Shown here one piece after another: positions 61,964 to 64,000 of a stretch of DNA of 64,000 nt (within the stretch, counting starts at the first letter, position 1; each line of letters starts with the position of its first letter). A program made the position numbers and the translations under genes. Origin of the DNA: Polyangiales bacterium (GTDB taxonomy: Bacteria > Myxococcota_A > Polyangia > Polyangiales > JADJQN01); assembly GCA_964202905.1 (NCBI GenBank), contig CAXNJO010000002.1, positions 320,001-384,000 on the forward strand. Direction: 5' to 3'. The notes under the pieces are model-generated. The model did no database searches. It saw nothing but the letters and a program-made list of their open reading frames with translations, and was not told the origin of the DNA.

Positions 61964-63300
61964 CGCGAGCGACGGCGGCGACGCGACACGCCGAGCGCGA
62001 ACACGCCGAGCACGACGCCCGCGAGCCAGCCCTGCGAGGTGGGCCGGCGCGCCCCTGCACGCGCCGCGACGTCGCAGCCGTCGACGTCGTCCGGACGCGG
62101 CCGCGCGTCGATGCCGGCGCCCGCGTCCGGCGCCGCGGCGCCCGCGTCGTCCCCCGCGCCCGCATCGCCGACGGACGGCACGTCGAGCACCGTCACACGC
62201 ACCTGCAGCTGCATGTCCGGCGGGCCGCCCTGGTCGGAGAACCACGCGGCGCCCTCCTGGACGAGGTTGAAGAACTGCGAGTAATCGCCCGGCGTGAGCG
62301 GCGCGCGCACCGTGAACGAGAAGCGGCCGACCTCGCCCGGCGGCACCACACGATCAACGGTCGCCGCGCGGCTCGCGCTCGGCCAGTCGGGGCCGGCGAG
62401 CGGGCTCGCGACGTCGCGCGGGCCGGTCGTGCCGAGCATCGTCATGCCGGGCGTCCAGGTCGCCGCGCCCGCGTTGCGGAGCTCAATGTAGCCCGCCTGC
62501 GACGCCCCCGGCGCGAGCTCGAAGGGGAGGCTCGCGTAGGGGAACGATTGCGCCACGAAGGTCGCCGCGTAGTCGATGCGCGTCGTCCAGAAGTCGGCGC
62601 CCATCTCCGCGTACGTGTCGCGCGCGTGGCGCGAGTAGCTCGCGAACCGCGCGTCGTAGACCGAGCAGCCCGTCGGCGTGCAGCCGTTGTAGTAGTGCGT
62701 GACGGTCTGGATCCACGGCATGAAGCGGTCGTTGTCGATGCGCACACCGTTCATCCACGCGAGCGCCTGCGCGGCGTTGTCGACGCCCGGCACGTAGACC
62801 GAGCGGATGACCATCGCGATGACGAAGTCGACCGCAGCGTCGGTGTTCCCGGCGACGTTCAGCACGCGCACGCCTTCGCGCGCGAGCGTCTGATCGTACG
62901 TGCCGGCGTCGAACTGGAACATGCCGAGCCCGCCCTGCATCAGCGAGCACGGCCCGTCGCCCGCGCCCGCGACCACGGGCCCGCCCCCGCAGTCGTCGCT
63001 CGCGGGCCCCATGCACGCCCACGTGAGCTCCGACCAGCAGTGCGACATCCCCGTCTCGGCGTCTGCGATCCCCGCGAGCAGCCAGCCCTGCTCGAGGCCG
63101 CGCGCCGCGGCGGCGTCTCGGATCTGCCCCGCGCGGGCGCGCCGCTGCGCGGCCGAGAGCATCGAGCGCGCGCTGCCGATCGGCTCGCCCGGCGCCGCGG
63201 GCACGAGCGCCGTGTCGGCGCACCCGAGCATCGCGGCCGCGAAGGCCGCCGCGAAGACCAAGACGGGAGCCGTGAGGGGACGCAGCGCGCGAGAGAGCAT
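61960..63300 (-). CDS. Secreted protein: lysozyme-like domain, NBR1-like Ig domain and MYXO-CTERM-like tail
   Basis: Signal peptide; IADAETG and GGLGMFQF; LRNAGAATW...PGEVGRFSFTVRAP...G.Y; DGCDVA...hydrophobic helix...RRRRRSR. Confidence 0.7.
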   Translation of the reverse strand: MLSRALRPLTAPVLVFAAAFAAAMLGCADTALVPAAPGEPIGSARSMLSAAQRRARAGQIRDAAAARGLEQGWLLAGIADAETGMSHCWSELTWACMGPASDDCGGGPVVAGAGDGPCSLMQGGLGMFQFDAGTYDQTLAREGVRVLNVAGNTDAAVDFVIAMVIRSVYVPGVDNAAQALAWMNGVRIDNDRFMPWIQTVTHYYNGCTPTGCSVYDARFASYSRHARDTYAEMGADFWTTRIDYAATFVAQSFPYASLPFELAPGASQAGYIELRNAGAATWTPGMTMLGTTGPRDVASPLAGPDWPSASRAATVDRVVPPGEVGRFSFTVRAPLTPGDYSQFFNLVQEGAAWFSDQGGPPDMQLQVRVTVLDVPSVGDAGAGDDAGAAAPDAGAGIDARPRPDDVDGCDVAARAGARRPTSQGWLAGVVLGVFALGVSRRRRRSR

Positions 63301-63415
63301 CGGTCGCGAGCGTACACCCGGCGCCGCGCGGGACACCACGGCCCCCGGGGCGTGCGCATTTCTTGGCCCGCGTCCCGGGCGGTCGATAGGGTCCCAATCC
63401 CGGAGGTCGTCCCGC

Positions 63416-64000
63416 ATGCATCTCGTCACCCAGCCGCGCAGCACCCCCATGCCCGCCCCGTCGCCGCACGAGGTGTTCGTCGGCGTGCCGCTCTCGATCG
63501 TCTTCGCGGACGGTGACGCGATCCACGCGGCCGCACGGGGGGCGAGCCGGTCGATCCGCCTCACGCCGCCGTTCCACGTGAGCGACGAGGACGCGTACCT
63601 CGTGCTGCCGGAGGACATCGGCGGCGAGATCGTAGACATCTTGCGCGACGGCGACGCGGAGCTGCTCGCGGAGGCGATGCGCGACGGCCTCCTCGTCCTC
63701 GGCAGCATCGAGCGCGAGGGCCGCTGCGTCGAGCTGTGCGTCGATGCGTGCGTCGCCCCGCAGCAGGCGCTCACCGAGACGTTGCCCTTCGCCGAGACCG
63801 TGCCGCTGCTCGACGCCGAGAGCGCGCTCGCGCTGCTGAACGAGCTGCACCACGTGCAGGTCACGATGGGCAGCGCCCTCGTCGACGAAGAGGGCCTCGG
63901 CGACATGCTCGCGAACGCCGAGTACATCGGCCCCTCGTGGCGCGCACCCGAGTCGGGCGCACGGCGCGGCGCGACGGCCGAGCCGACGTACGTGTGGGCG
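63416..64000 (+). CDS. Hypothetical protein, truncated by the window end
   Basis: GGAGG RBS, ATG 63416 and an open acidic frame to 64000. Confidence 0.65.
   Translation, partial: MHLVTQPRSTPMPAPSPHEVFVGVPLSIVFADGDAIHAAARGASRSIRLTPPFHVSDEDAYLVLPEDIGGEIVDILRDGDAELLAEAMRDGLLVLGSIEREGRCVELCVDACVAPQQALTETLPFAETVPLLDAESALALLNELHHVQVTMGSALVDEEGLGDMLANAEYIGPSWRAPESGARRGATAEPTYVWA

Overview
Very GC-rich chromosomal segment. Gene content points to a myxobacterium (Myxococcota, probably Polyangiales/Sandaracinaceae-like; inferred from the Cys-rich and 'DAG'-linker lipoproteins, a MYXO-CTERM-like tail and the gsp gene order). The main feature is a type II secretion operon (gspC-D-E-F-G'-G-H-I-J-K-L-M-N, 40874-55351). 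It lies directly downstream of an orphan NtrC-family sigma54 activator. I can read a -24/-12 promoter and a repeated TGYCA-N3-TGTC motif in front of gspC, and the same motif in front of the activator. The rest holds housekeeping and repair genes (two PpiC/SurA foldases, mfd, udk/upp, a DHS-like polyamine enzyme, an RlmN paralogue, an FeS photolyase with Nei, a GIY-YIG nuclease) and many uncharacterised secreted or lipoproteins sharing acidic PDAG/PDLG linkers, including a lysozyme-like surface protein. About seven genes carry small-indel frameshifts, most simply explained as assembly errors. I found no rRNA, tRNA, CRISPR array or mobile element.
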